From Mobula hypostoma (lineage: Eukaryota), in the NCBI RefSeq assembly GCF_963921235.1, contig NC_086097.1, positions 104,162,001-104,226,000 of the forward strand: 64,000 nucleotides of DNA, in the 5' to 3' direction. Each line of letters opens with the position of its first letter. Position 1 is the stretch's first letter. Below are positions 11,108 to 24,150 of the stretch, piece after piece. The position numbers and the translations under genes are program-made. The notes beneath the pieces were generated by a model. It was not told the origin of the DNA, ran no database searches, and was given only the letters and a program-made list of their open reading frames with translations.

Positions 11108-12630
11108 AGGTCAAAGTTAAGTTTATTGTCGCAAGCACGTATATGCACAGAAATAACATCGGGTTTATTATCACTGATATGCCATGAAATTTGTTTTTTT
11201 TGTGGCAGTAGTAGTGCAGACGTATTAAATGCTCTGTTACAAAATAAAGTTGCAAAAGATGAATAGCAAGGTGGTGTTCATGAGTTCATGGGCCATTCAA
11301 AAGACTGGACGAGGGAAAGAAATTGTGCTTAAAATATTGAGTGTGAGTCTTCAGTTTCCTGTACCTCCTCTCCAATGGTAGTAATCGAAAGAGGGCATGT
11401 CCCAGATGCTCAAAATCTTTAATGATGGATGCCTCTTTGGCATCTATTGGCAGGGAGGGTTGTTCCTGTGATGGAACTGGCCAAGCCTGGAACCCACAGC
11501 AGCCTCTTGCAGTCCTGTGCATTGGAGCCTCCATACTAAGCTTTGATACATATAATCAGTCAGAATGCTCTCCACCCTACTTCTTTAGAAACCTGCAGGA
11601 GTCTTTGGTGACATTATAAATCGCATCAATTTCCTAATGAAATAGAACCACTGACGTGCTGCCTCCATGATTCGATCAATATGATGGGCCCAGGATAGGT
11701 TCTCTGAGTTGATGAGGACCAGGAACTTGAAACTGCTCACCCTTAAAACCGTTGGCACCTCAGTGAGAACTGGTGTGTGTTCTCATAATTTCCCCTTCCT
11801 AAAGTCCACAATCAATTTCTTGGTATTGCTGAAAGTGAGTGTGGAGTTACTGTTGTGACCCCACTCAAATCAGCCAAACCATCTCTTTCTTGTATGCCTC
11901 CTTGTGGCCATCTGAAATTCTTCCTCCAGCAGCGGTGTCATCGGTGCATTTATAGATGGCATTTGAGCTATCCTAGCCACGCAGTCATGAGTGTAGAGAT
12001 CAGAGACTGGGCTAAGTGTGCATCCTTGAGGTGCATTTGCAATTGTAAATGAGCAGATATTACTGATTGGCACTGATTGTGGTCTCATGATAAATAAGAC
12101 AGGGATCCATTTGTGGAAGTTTATTAGTAATGCGAGGATAATGGTGTTGAACTCCCAAGCTGTAATTGATAAACATTAACTTAAAGTATGTTTTGCTGCT
12201 GTTCAGATGCTCCAAAGCAGAATGGAAAACCAGTAAGCTTGCATCTACTGTAGACCTGGTGTGGAGGTAGACAAATTGTAGCAGGCGACAGTCATTGAGG
12301 CAACCCAATCTGCTCTTCTTGGGTACTTGTATGATTGATGCTCTTTTGAAGCCCATGGGAACCTCCAATAACAGCAGTGAGAGATTGAAGGTATTCTTTA
12401 ATGCTCCAGCCAGTTTGTTGGCACTGGTTTTTAGTACTCTGCCATGTATGCTAACGGAGCCTGATGCCTCTTGAAGGAAGTTCCAACGTCATCTCTGAGA
12501 CGAATCATAGAGTAGGGAGGGTTGTTCCTGTGATGGAGCTGGCTGAGCCTGGAACCCACAGCAGCCTCTTGCAGTCCTGTGCCTTGATACGTATAATCAG
12601 TCAGAATGCTCTCCATCATACATCTTTAAA
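11108..12630 (-). mobile_element. Degenerate Rex1/Babar-type LINE
   Basis: FKRASIIQVPKKSRLGCLNDCR...HTRSTVDA and APQGCTLSP remnants; GTCAAAGTTAAGTTTATTG tail. Confidence 0.8.
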
Positions 12631-12639
12631 AATTTGCAA

Positions 12640-15600
12640 ACCTTCGAGGTTACTTGCAGGTCGGCGAAGCTTGTATAAAAGGAGAGCTTCGTGGGCATTC
12701 AGACATTCTGGAGGCCCAGTCAGCGGAGGGAACAGATCACTGCGAAGTAAATAAAAGTACTCAAGGGGCAAGCAGGATGGCCATTGTTGGGAGTAGACCA
12801 GCGGTGAGAGTAGGAGCATCAGGCTTTGACGAGGAGAAGCCGAGGCCAAAGAAACCGGTTAGAAGGGTTAGTTTTTCCTTTCATTATTGCTGATTTGGTC
12901 TTGGTTGCCCATTGTACAGTGCAGGCAGGATGTCAGATATGGCAGTGGAATGCTCCTCCTGTAGGATGTGGGAATTCATGGAACCTGATAGTCTCCCTGA
13001 TGACTACACCTGCGGGAAGTGCAGCCAACTCCAGCACATGGAAGACCACATGAAGGAGCTGGAGCTGGATGAGCTAAGGATCACCTAGGAGACAGATACG
13101 ACTTTTGAGCAGGTGGTTACAGCCAATATTAGGAAAGTTAAAATCACCCAACGCAGCAACCCTATTATTATCACACCGTTCCAAAATCTGCCTCCCTCTT
13201 TGCTCTTTGATGTCTGTTACTATTGGAGGGTCTGAAAAAAAGCACCCAGTAGAGTTATTGCCATTAGAGTGCAGAATTTGGGGAGCAGATGGGTGAACAC
13301 TGAGAGAGGCAAAGAGAGAAAGGAAGAAGGCAGTGCAGGATTACCCTATGGCCTTTCCCCTCAGTAACAGGGATACTGCTGAGGGGGATGACTTATGTGG
13401 GCAAGGCAGCAGCAGCCAGACCAATAGCATGTGGTTGGCTCTGAGTTTCAGAAGGGTAGGGTGGTCAGCTGGAATAATAGTCGTAGGGAACTTGATAATT
13501 TGGGGGACAGATGGGAGATTCTGTGGCAGCAGAAGAGATGCCAGGATAGTGTGTTGCCTCTCGGGTGCTAGAGTCCAGGATGTCTGAGCGGTTGCAGACT
13601 ATTCTTGAAGGGGAGGATGAGCAGCCACAGGTTGTGGTACATGTTGGTACCAATGACATAGGCAGGAGAGGGGTAGAGGTCCTGTGCAGCAAGTTTAGAG
13701 AGCTAGGAAGGAGGCTGAAGAGCAGGACCTCCAAGGTGGTCATCTCCAGATTACTCCCAGTGCCACGAGCAGGGAGGTCAGAACAGGAAGATGGCACAGA
13801 TGAATGAGTGGTTGAGGAGTGTTTCAAGTTCTTAGATCAATGGAACCTTTACTGAGGGAGGGGTGACCTGTACAAATGGGATGGATTGCACCTAAACTGA
13901 AGGGGAACTATTATCCTGGGAGGGAGGTTTGCTAATGCTATTGGGGAGGGTTTAACCTCGATTTGCGGGGGGGTGTGTGGGAACCAAAGTGAAGAGGCAG
14001 AGGATGGGGTGGGTGGTAGTGAGTTTGTGAGGAAGGATAGGCAGATGATAGACCAAAGAAGCACTCAGCCAGATGGTTTGAGGTGTGTCTTATTTTAATG
14101 CAAGGAGTATCGTAAGCAAGATGGATGAACTTGAAGTGTGGATCAATACGTGGAACTATGACTTTGTGGCCATTACAGAGAGTTGGCTGTCTCGGGCAAG
14201 AAAAAGGACAGGGAGGGAGGCAAAAGAGGTGGTGGAGTGGCACTGCTGATGAGGGATAGTATCACGGCTGCAGAAAAGGAGGAAGTCATGGAGGAATGGT
14301 CTACGGAGTCTCTGTGGGTGGAAGTCAGAAACAGGAAGGGGGCAGGCAATAACTCTACTGGGTGTTTTTTTTTCAGACCCTCCAATAGTAACAGACATCA
14401 AAGAGCAGAGAGGGAGGCAGATTTTGGAACGGTGCGATAATAATAGGGTTGTTGTGTTGGGTGATTTTAACTTTCCTAATATTGGCTGGCATCTCCTTAG
14501 AGTAAGGGATTTAGATGGGGTGGAGTTTGTTAGGTGTGTGCAGGGAAGTTTCCTGATGCAATGTGTAGATAAGCCAACTAGAGGAGAGACTGTACTTGAT
14601 CTGGTATTGGGAAATGAACCTGGTCAGGTGTCAGATCTCTCGGTGGGAGAGTATTTTGGAGTTAGTGATCACAACTCTTAACTCCTTCACCATAGCACTG
14701 AAGAAGTACAGGAGCAGAAAATTTGGGAAGACATCTAATTGGGTAGGAGGAAAAATGATGCTATTAGGCAAAACCTGGGAACATAAATTGGGAGCATATG
14801 TTCTCAGGGAAATGCACGGCAGAAATGTGGCAAATGTTCAGGGAGCATTTCCATGGCGTGCTGCATAAGTATGTTCCGTTAAGGCAGGGAAAGGATGGTA
14901 AGGTAAAAGAACCATGGTATACAAAGGATGTAGAAAATCTAGTTAAGAAGAAAAGAAAAGCTTACGAAAGGTTCAAGCTCTAGAAAATTACAAGGGTGCC
15001 AGGAAGGAACTCAAGATTGAAATTTTAGAGCTAGAAGAGGCCATCACATGGCAAATCACATGGCATTCTACAAGTATGTGAAGAGCAAGAAGGTGAGCCA
15101 TGTGAGAATAGGACCAATCAGGAACGATAGTGGAAACGTGCATCGAGTCGGAAGAGGTACCGGAGGTACTTAACGAGTAATTTGCTTCAGTATTCAGTGA
15201 AAAGGGCCTTGGCAATTGTGGGTATGACTTACAGCAGACTGAAACGCTTGAGTGTACAGACATTAAGAAAGAGGATGTGCTGAAGCTTTTGAAAGGTATT
15301 AAGTTAGACAAGTAGCTGGGACTGGATGAGATGTATCCCAGGCTACCATGGGAAGCGAGAGAGGAGATTGCTGAGCCTCTGGCGATGATCTTTGCATCAT
15401 CAATAGGGATGGGAGAAGTTCCACAGGATTGGAAGGTTGCAAATGTTGTTCACTTGTTCAAGAAAGGGAGTAGACTTAACCCAGGAAATTTTTAGACCAG
15501 TGAGTCTTTTTTTAGTGCTGGGCAAATTGTTGGAGAAGATCCTGAGAGGCAGGATTAATGAGCATTTGGTGAGATGTAACAAAACACATTGATGAAGATA

Positions 15601-16770
15601 GAGCAGTGGATGGATTTCAGTAAGGAATTTGATAAGGTTCCCCATGTAAGGCTCATCCGGAAAGTAAGGAAGCATGGGATCCAAGGAGACCTTGCATTGT
15701 GGACCCAGAACTGGTTTGTCAATAGAAGGCAAAGGGTGGCAGTAGATGGTTTGTATTCTGCATGAAGGTCAGTGACCAGTGGTGTCCACAGAGATCAGTT
15801 CTGGGACCCTTACTCTTTCTGATTTTTATAAATGACTTGATTGAGGAAGTAGAAGGGTGGTTCGTAAGGTTGCTAGTGACACAAAAGGTTGGGAGTGTTG
15901 TGGATAGTCTGGAGGGTTGTCAGAGGTTATAGCAGTACATCGATAGGATGCAGAACTGGCTGAGAAATGGCAGATGGAGTTCAACCTAGGTAAGTGTGAA
16001 GTGGTTCATTTCGGTAGGTCAAATTTGACGACAGAATATAATATGAATGGTAATACTCTTGGCAGTGTGGAGGATCAGTGAGATCTTGGGGTCCGTATCC
16101 ATAGGACACTCAAAACTGCTGCACAGGTTGACAGTGTTGTTAAGAAGGTATGTGTATTGATGGCCTTTATTAACCGTGGGATTGAGTTCAAGAGACGTGA
16201 GGTAATGTTAAAGCTATATTAAACCTTAGATAGACCCCACTTGGAGCATTGTGTTCAGTTCTGATCACCTCACTACAGGAAGGATGTGGATACTATAGAG
16301 AGGTTGTAGAGGAGATTTACAAGGATGTTGCCTGGATTGGAGAGCATGCCTTATGAGAATAGGTTGAGTGAACTTGGCCTTTACTGCTTGGAGTGATGAA
16401 GGATGAGAGATGACCTGTTAGAGGTGTATAAGATGATGAGGGGTATTGATCGTGTAGATAGCCGGGGCTGAAATGACTAACATGAGGGGATGTAGTTTTA
16501 AGGTGCTTAGAAGTAGATACAAGGGGATATCAGAGGTAAGTGTTCTTTTTTACACAGAGTGGTGGGTGTGTGGAATGCACTGCCAGCAACAGTAGTAAAG
16601 GCAGACACAATAAGGTCTTATAAGAGACTCTTAGATAGGTACATGGAGCTTAGAAAATTAGAGGGCTATGTGGTAGGGAAATTCTAGGCAGTTTCCAGAG
16701 TGTTACTTGGTCGGTACAACATTGTGGGCGGAAGGGCCTGTAATATGCTGTAGATTTATCTGTTGTATAT
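12640..16770 (+). mobile_element. Near full-length degenerate CR1 LINE
   Basis: ORF1 Cys motif (ECSSCRMWE...YTCGKCSQL), VVVHVGTNDIG esterase part, endonuclease VVLGDFNFPNI and decayed RT through to the 3' end. Confidence 0.88.
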
Positions 16771-17518
16771 TCTTAGCCACATGCTGTGGAAATACACACA
16801 GGTTCTCTTTTCCAAATTGTGAATAAAAGGCATTGGGTTCATTGGGGAGTGAAGTATCACTACCATTTATGCTGTTAGGTTTCATCTTAAAGGAAGAAAT
16901 GGCATGCAAACCCTGCACAGCTGACGGGCATCCAATTGTGTCAGTAACTTCACACACAGAATTACCTTTTTGCTTTTGTGATGACCTTTCATATGTCTTA
17001 CTTGGATTACTATCAGTTTCAGAATCATTGGTCTTGAACGTTATGGTTGAAGGTTCAGCAGCTGTTCACCTTCCCCACCCAGAAGGAGCATGAGATAACC
17101 ATGCACCTGTGGGACCCACGTGCCCATTGTAGACGTCCTCATCTTTCTGGCTTGTTTTGTTGAGGGAGCTTGGCTTTCCAGTATTTGCAGATTTTCTCTT
17201 GTTAGTGACTCACCATTCTTGATGATTTGCTGCTAAAGGATTCCAGGCTCGTCATTCCTGCTTCTATGCATGTCAAAGACATCAGTCAAACCCACCAAGG
17301 ACATCAAGGCATTGAAAATTATCATCTAAGAGCAAAGGAATCCATGTGGTGTTCTGATTTGAACACATAGCTGGGAGATTATGTAAAACAGTGTGAAGCA
17401 TGAAGAAAACTACACAGAAGCCATGCTGAACCTCTCTGTCCCACGAAATCCCAGGATTTCCATGGCAAATTGCAGACAGAGACATTTTCGAGCTGAAAAG
17501 AGACAAATATCTTCTCAC

Positions 17519-19278
17519 AACCAAGAGAAAATCTACAGCTGTAGGAAATCCAAGCAGTGTGCACAAAATGCTGGAGGAACTCAGCAGGCCAGGAAAGGAG
17601 TACAGTAGATATTTCTGACAGGAGAGGACCGAAGGCCATGGAAGAAAGAAAAGGGAGAGGAGCACCAGAGGGAGCTGATTGTCAGGCAAGGTGAGAGAGG
17701 GAAATGGGAATGGTGGGGGGGGGAACATTACCAGAAGTTTGAGAAATTGATGTTCATGCCATCAGGTTGGAGGCTACCCAGATGGAATATAAGGTATTGC
17801 TCCTCCAACCTGAGTGTGGCATCAAAGAGAGAGTAGGGGAGGCTATAGACTGGCATGTCAGAATGGGAAGTGGAATTAAAATGCGTGGCCATTGGGAGAT
17901 GCTGTTTCTTCTGGTGCTCAGCAAAGTGGTTTCCCAATCTGCATCAGGTCTCACTGATATTCAGGAGGCCACACTGGAAGCACCAGACATAGTCAATGAC
18001 CCCAACAGACTCTCAGGTGAGGTGTCACCTCACCTGGAAGGGCTGTTTGGGTCCTGAATGGTAGTGAGGGAAGAAGTGTTGCAAGTGTAGCACTTTTCCG
18101 CTTGTAAGGATGAGTTCCAAGAGGGAGATTAGTGGGGAGGGACAAATGGGCAAAGGAGTCACATAGGGAGTGATCCCTGCAGAAAGTTGGGGGGTGGAGG
18201 GAAAGATGTGCTTGGTAGTGAGATCCAATTGGAGATGGCGGAAGGTGTAGAGAATTATGTGCTGGACACGGAGGCTGGTGGGGTGGTAGGTGAGGACAAG
18301 AGGTACACTATCCATGGTGGGGTGGCGGGAGGATGGGGTGAGGGCAGATGTGCATGAAATGGAAGAGATGTGGTTGAGGGCAACATTGATGGTGGAGGAA
18401 GGGAAGCCCCTTTCTTTGAAGGAGGAGGACATCTGATTAGTTCTAGAATGGAAAGCCTCATCCTGAAAGCAGATGCAATGGAGGCAGAGGAATTGAGAGA
18501 AAGGGATGGCATTTTTGTAAGTAACAGGGTGGGAAGTGGTATAGTCCAGATGGCTGTGAGAGTCAGTGGGTTTACAATAGAAGTTAGTAGATAAGCTGTC
18601 TCCAGAGATAGAAAGATTGAGAAAGGGGAAAGTGGTGTTGGAAATGGATCAGGTAAATTTGAGGGCAGGGTGGAAGTTGGAGGCAAAGTGGATGAAGTCA
18701 GTGAGTTCAGGAAGCAGTACCTGTGCAATCGTTGATGTAGGATAGGAAAAGTTGGGGACTGATACCAGTGTCGTTTTAGAACATAGACTGTTCCACATAG
18801 CCAACAAAGAGGTAGGTATAGCTAGAACCCATGACTACACCTTTTGTTTGAAGGAAAATTATTGAGAGTGAGGACAAGTTTTACAAGACAAAGGAGAGTG
18901 GTTGTGGGGTGGAACTAGTTGGATTTGGTGTCCAGAAAGAAACGGAGAGCTTTGAGGCCCTCCTGATGGGGGATGGAGGGTATATAGCATCTGGGCATCC
19001 ATAGTGGGGGCCAGGGAACTTGAAATCTTTGAAAAGATCAAGAGCGTGTGAAGTGACATGGGTGTAGGTAGGAAGGGACTGAACCAGGAGGAATAAAACT
19101 GAGTCAAGATATACAGATGCAGGTTCAGTGGGGCAGAAACAATGGGTCTACCTGAACAGGTAGGTTTGTGGATCTTGGGTAGGAGGTAGAACTGGGAGGT
19201 GGGGGGTGAGGGAACTATGAGGTTGGTGGCAGTGGATGAGAGATCCCTGCAGTTAATAAGATCGGTGATGGTGTACTT
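17519..19278 (-). mobile_element. Penelope-like element, degenerate RT plus GIY-YIG endonuclease
   Basis: MSSSFKERGFP...VPLVLTYHP and HFNSTSH...RLEEQYLIFHLGSLQPDGMNINFSNF peptides; TTCTCAC on both flanks. Confidence 0.88.
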
Positions 19279-19313
19279 TTCTCACTGTGGATTATGACTC
19301 ATGGAATGCTCAG

Positions 19314-19706
19314 AGTGTTGGACAATGTCTAGTAACATGAGGAAATGAATTGTAGCAGCAGAGATATGGTTTTTGAGGAGGATGCAAAGAATATCATGGA
19401 CGAAACGAATATTTAACGAGGATGTCATGAACAGAGCAAACACAAAAAGAGAAATGTATGAGGTCATGAAAAGGCAACATAACTTCATTGGACATGTGAT
19501 TAGGAAAGAGGAGTTAGAAGGCATGGTAATTATGGGAAAGATTGAAGGGAAAAAAGCAAGAGGAAGACAAAGACAAATGATGATGGAGACAGCAGCCAGA
19601 GAACTGGAAATGAATACCAATGAATTGATCCACTTGACCCGAAACAGGAGTGTGTGGGCCATGGCAGTCAAAGCTCAAACTGGGCATGGCACCTGATGAT
19701 GATGAT
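19314..19706 (+). mobile_element. RTE-clade LINE 3' end
   Basis: RRMQRISWTKRIFNEDV...GKIEGKKARGRQR peptide, (TGA)n tail, 10-bp TSD GAATGCTCAG. Confidence 0.88.
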
Positions 19707-20184
19707 GAATGCTCAGGTTGTCCAAGCTGTCCTGTGCGTCCCCAGCAACACCTGAAAGCTGGATTCGCTTGCCATGGAATACCAGAGATTTGTGTCAGTC
19801 AATGGTCCACAGTTTAGCTGCTCAGAATAAAAAGCCTTGTCTGGTGTTTGAACATGGAACCCCTAGCAGTCTGTTAAAACAGACAAGCTATATTGTATCT
19901 GTTATTGCAGATACAATAGGGACTTTTAAGAGACTCATAGATAGGTACATGGAGCTTGGAAAAATAGAGGGCTGTACACTTGGGAAATTCTAGGTAGCTT
20001 CTAGAGTAGGTTACATGGTCGGCACAACATTGTGGGGTGAAGGGCCTGTAATGTCGATTTCTATGTTTCAGTCTATGGTACCCACAGAAAGATGGAGAAG
20101 CAAGAAAGAGCAGTGCAAACTAAAGGGTCTCTTACTGAAGATGTCCTGGGTATTTTGTATGTTAGTACCCAAGATGGCGCTGAC

Positions 20185-21110
20185 TAGGTTTACAACCTCC
20201 TGCAGCTTCTTTCAGTCCTGTGCAGTAAGGCCCCCCCCCCACCCCCATACCAGACAGTGATGCAGCCTGTCAGAATGCTCCTCTCTACGGTACATTTATA
20301 GAAGTTTTTGAGTGTATTTGTTGATATACCAAATCCCTTCAAACTCCTAATGAAGGTATTTCTTGCTGCCTTTATCACTGCATCGATATGTTGGGACCAA
20401 GATAGGTCCTCAGAGATCTTGACAGCCAGGAACTTGAAACTACTCACCCTCTGAGGTCCTTTAACATCTGCCGGACGATGCTGAGGATGTTCTACAAGTC
20501 TGTGGTGGCCAGTGCTATCATGTTTGCTGTTGTGCGCTGGGGCAGCAGGCTGAGGGTAGCAGACACCAACAGAATCAACAAACTCATCTGTAAGGCCAGT
20601 GATGTTGTGGGGATGGAACTGGACTCTCTGATGGTGGTGTCTGAAAAGAGGATGCTGTCTAAGTTGCATGCCATCTTGGACAATGTTTCGCATCCACTAC
20701 ATAATGTACTGGGTGGGCAGAGGAGTACATTCAGCCAGAGACTCATTCCACCGAGATGCAACACAGAGCGTCATAGGAAGTCATTCCTGCCTGTGGCCAT
20801 CAAACTTTACAACTCCTCCCTTGGAGGGTCAGACACCCTGAGCCAATAGGCTGGTCCTGGACTTATTTCCTGGCATAATTTACATATTAGTATTTAACTA
20901 TGTATGTTTCTATTACTATTTATTATTTATGGTGCAACTGTAACGAAAACCAACTTCCCCCGGGATCAATAAAGTATGACTATGACTATGACTCTCCACT
21001 TCTGATCCCTCTATGAGAATTGGTGTGTGTTCTGGAAGTCCACAATCAGCGATTTCATCTTACTGACGTTGAGTGCAAGGTTGTTGCTGAGACACTACTC
21101 CAGTAGTTGT
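20185..21110 (-). mobile_element. Rex1-type LINE fragment (minus) interrupted by a plus-strand Rex1-type 3' end
   Basis: SSFKFLAVKISEDLSWSQHID...SILTGCITVWYG peptide; sequence resumes after about 20993. Confidence 0.78.
20450..20993 (+). mobile_element. Rex1/Babar-type LINE 3' end
   Basis: MFYKSVVASAIMFAVVRWG...SHPLH...SFLPVAIKLYN peptide; AATAAA followed by (GACTAT)n tail. Confidence 0.85.
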
Positions 21111-21625
21111 GGTCAGAGCATCATAAGATGAAATCAAGCAGAGCAGGCGGGCGCTCATGCACCTTCAAAGTTCACAAAAAGTAGAGAAGGAAATAGAGTG
21201 GCCTGATCGTTATGATGAGCCTGAGGTGGACTCACCTGTTCAAGAATTTCCATCCACTCCAACACTTCCAGGAGCCTATCAGGTAGTTTATCTGTCCCAC
21301 CACAGAGATGTACTTCATAGCCAAATAGCTTAGGGCAAGTAACTGAAGAGGCAGAATAACCTACTCAGTGTGCTGGAGTGTTCAGGTAGTCAATCCTGAC
21401 CTCCATTAGATCTAGTGTTTTTTTTAAAAGAAGAATTCTAATGATGAAAACATTTCATAAAATTAGACACTTTTTTAAAATAAAGGAATTGGTGGAAAAA
21501 AGGAGGGAAACAAAGACAATTTAAAAGCAAAGAAAAAGTTATAATATTGGCAATTACTTTTATGTAAGGAGCCTAACTTGCATGTCATGGATGAAGTGAA
21601 CTAAATCGCTCAATTTCAGTTACTA

Positions 21626-22786
21626 CTAGACAACGGGGTGACTGTTGGGGCACCCTTTGAGAGAAGGATAGTGAAGTCTGCTGTGACCAGAATGAATATT
21701 AAATTTTCCTGAATGCTATTGGTATCGCTTCACTTTGGAAATTGAAGAAAACCTCAGTTTATTAAAGAAGAACAACACGTAGCAAGGCAAATATAGCTCC
21801 TCCTCGTCTAACAAAGGACACTTTTGATGGCATCATTTCTGGTTGATCTGCCACCCTTGTGCCTGTCGTCATTCTGGAGACGTGCAGTCCTTTCATTTGC
21901 TGTCTCTTCAATTCTTCTGCTGTTTGTTCTTTGCCTCTGATCCTGGAGACATGCATTTCTCAGCTCTTTTGTCTCTTCATCTCTCCTTCTCTGCCAGTTG
22001 TTGTCATTTTTGAGACGTGCATGCCTCTCCTCCTCTGTCTCCTCTTCTCTCATTTTTTTTTATCCTGACTCTTTAATCCTGGAGTCGTACGGCCCTGGCC
22101 TCATCCAATTCTTGTTCTCTCCCTCTCCTTGCCGCTTCCCGACGATGTTTGGCGTCATAATATCCCCCTTCTCTTTCCACGCGGCATAATTAGGCCGACC
22201 ATATTTTCTTTACCCGAATGCTGGGATAGTAACACCGCAGCCTCCAGGATGCTGATTATTCCTGATGATGTGGTTGGCGCTCTCCTAAATGGACGTGATG
22301 TAGTCAACGCTGTCCTTTGACTGCAGCAAAGGGTTTGATGGGTGTCTCGAAGTACGTCATTACGATAAGATTTAATTATCTCTTATTGATGGGTTTCAGT
22401 TTGATCTGTCCTAATCCTGCACATGCTGATGGTGATCAGCAGAAAGTGACCGCTCGAAATAGAGCTGCCCTGCCCTTTTGCTCCGGTTGGTGTTGCTGCT
22501 GTGAGCATCGTGAGTCGCTTCTGAGACTGGCCGTGTGCATGCGTCATGGTCTGGTGTCGCGGTTTCCATCATGGCTGACATCGACTCTCGGGTGAAAGTG
22601 GGTTTGTTGATTTTGGAGAGTGAGCAATTTTAAATGAATATGTAACCCTGAACTTTGTCTGCATTCTGTAAATTAGCGCACTTTAAGTCGATTTAGCCAA
22701 AAATAGTGCCACTGTAATGCACTGTTTGCGCTAATTGGAGGTCACAAACAGACAAACAGAGCATGAGAGTTTTAGTAGTATATAGA
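21626..22786 (-). mobile_element. Non-autonomous Helitron
   Basis: Minus strand reads A|TCTATATACTACTAAAA ... GTCTAG|T with no TSD. Subterminal GGGTG/CACCC hairpin (21636-21655) and CTGTTTGT repeats near the 5' end. Confidence 0.85.
21808..22187 (-). pseudogene. Helitron N-terminal STPR-like repeat coding remnant
   Basis: MPRGKRRG start, then repeats EETEEERHARL / EETKELRNACL / EETANERTARL; one stop and a frameshift at a T-run near 22055. Confidence 0.65.
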
Positions 22787-23008
22787 TAATTCCAATATAG
22801 TTCTTTGGACAAGAAGTACAGACCTAGCTTTTTACTTTCAAGAAGGGGAGATGTTGTGGTAGTTAATAGTGTTATTCGTATGCCACTCAGTTAGCCACTC
22901 CCACATGGGAGGAGTTCTCATACTGTACAAGCAGGATTATTAATAAAGTTCAGATGAATATCCTGCATGCTGGTATCTGGGTGTGTTCTGCACTATCTCA
23001 ATATCGAG

Positions 23009-24150
23009 CACAGCAGTCTGTGTGGTAGTGAATTCCACAGATTCATCACCTGGCTGAAGAAAATTTTCCTCATGTATGTTCGAAATAGATGTCCCTCCAT
23101 TCTGAGGCAATGCCCTCTGGTCCTAGAACCCCCCAACTATTGGAAATATCCTCTACCCATCCACTCTATCAGCCTTTCAGTGTTCAATAGGTACCTAAAC
23201 TCCAGTGAATACAGGCCCAGAGCCAGCAACCACTCCTCGTATGTTAACCATTTAATTCCTGAGTTTATTCTCGTGAACCTCCTCTGGACCTTCTCCAATG
23301 TCGGCACACCTTAGATGAGAACCGCAAAACTGCTCAGAATATCCAAGTGCTGTCTGACTCATGCTTTCTAACACTGGAGCATTACTTCCTTGACGTTCTA
23401 TTCTAGTTCTCTCAAAATGAATGTTAACATTGCATTTGACTTCCTTACCACTGACTGAATATGCAAGTTAACCTTTATGCAATCTTTCATGAGGAGTCCC
23501 AAATTCCTTTGCATCTCTGATTTTTGAATTATCTAGGCCTTTATTCCTTCTACCAAAGTACATGACCATGCACTATACTATATCCATCTTCCATTTCTTT
23601 GCCCATTCTCGCAATCTGTCCAAGTCCTTCAGCAGGTTCCATTCTTCCTCAACCCTACCTGCCCCTGCACCTGTTGTATTGTCTGCAAACTTGGCCGCAA
23701 AGCCATCAATTCTACCATCCATCAGCGTTGACATATAACATGAAAAGAAGCAACCCTTGCAGAGCACCATTTGTCACCGGCAGTCAACCAGAGTAGGGGC
23801 CCTTTATTCTGACCCTTTGCCTTCTGCCAGTCAGCCAATCTATCTATGCTAGTATCTTTCCTGTAATACCGTGGGCTCTTAACTTGTTAAGCAGCCTCAT
23901 GTACGGCACCTTGTCACAGGCCTTCTGAAAGTCCCAAGTAAACAACATCCACTGATTCTCTTTTGTCTATCCTGTCTGTTATTTCCTCAAAGAATTCCAA
24001 TAGAATTCCCCTTAAGGAACCCATGTGGACTGGGGCCTACTTTATCAAGTGCCTCCAAGTACCCTGAAAACTCATCCTTAATAATAGACTCCAACATCAA
24101 CACTGAGGTCAGGCTAACTGGCCTGTAACTTCCTTTCTTCTGGCTGCCTC
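23009..24150 (-). mobile_element. Degenerate CR1 LINE
   Basis: YRPVSLTS and KFADNT remnants on the minus strand. Confidence 0.8.

Larger units (their letters stand above)
17209..23005 (+). mobile_element. Fossil Mag/K02A2.6-like Gypsy 3' half (integrase, PPT, LTR) fragmented by insertions
   Basis: Pieces in colinear order: RLVIPAS...HQGHQGIE...RAKESMW...VKQCEA (17209-17518); TVDY (19283-19296); HGIPE..NGPQF (19770-19815); YPQKDGEA/RAVQT (20078-20120); AAGGGGAGA|TGTTGTGG PPT-LTR junction at 22852 with AATAAA downstream. Confidence 0.72.
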
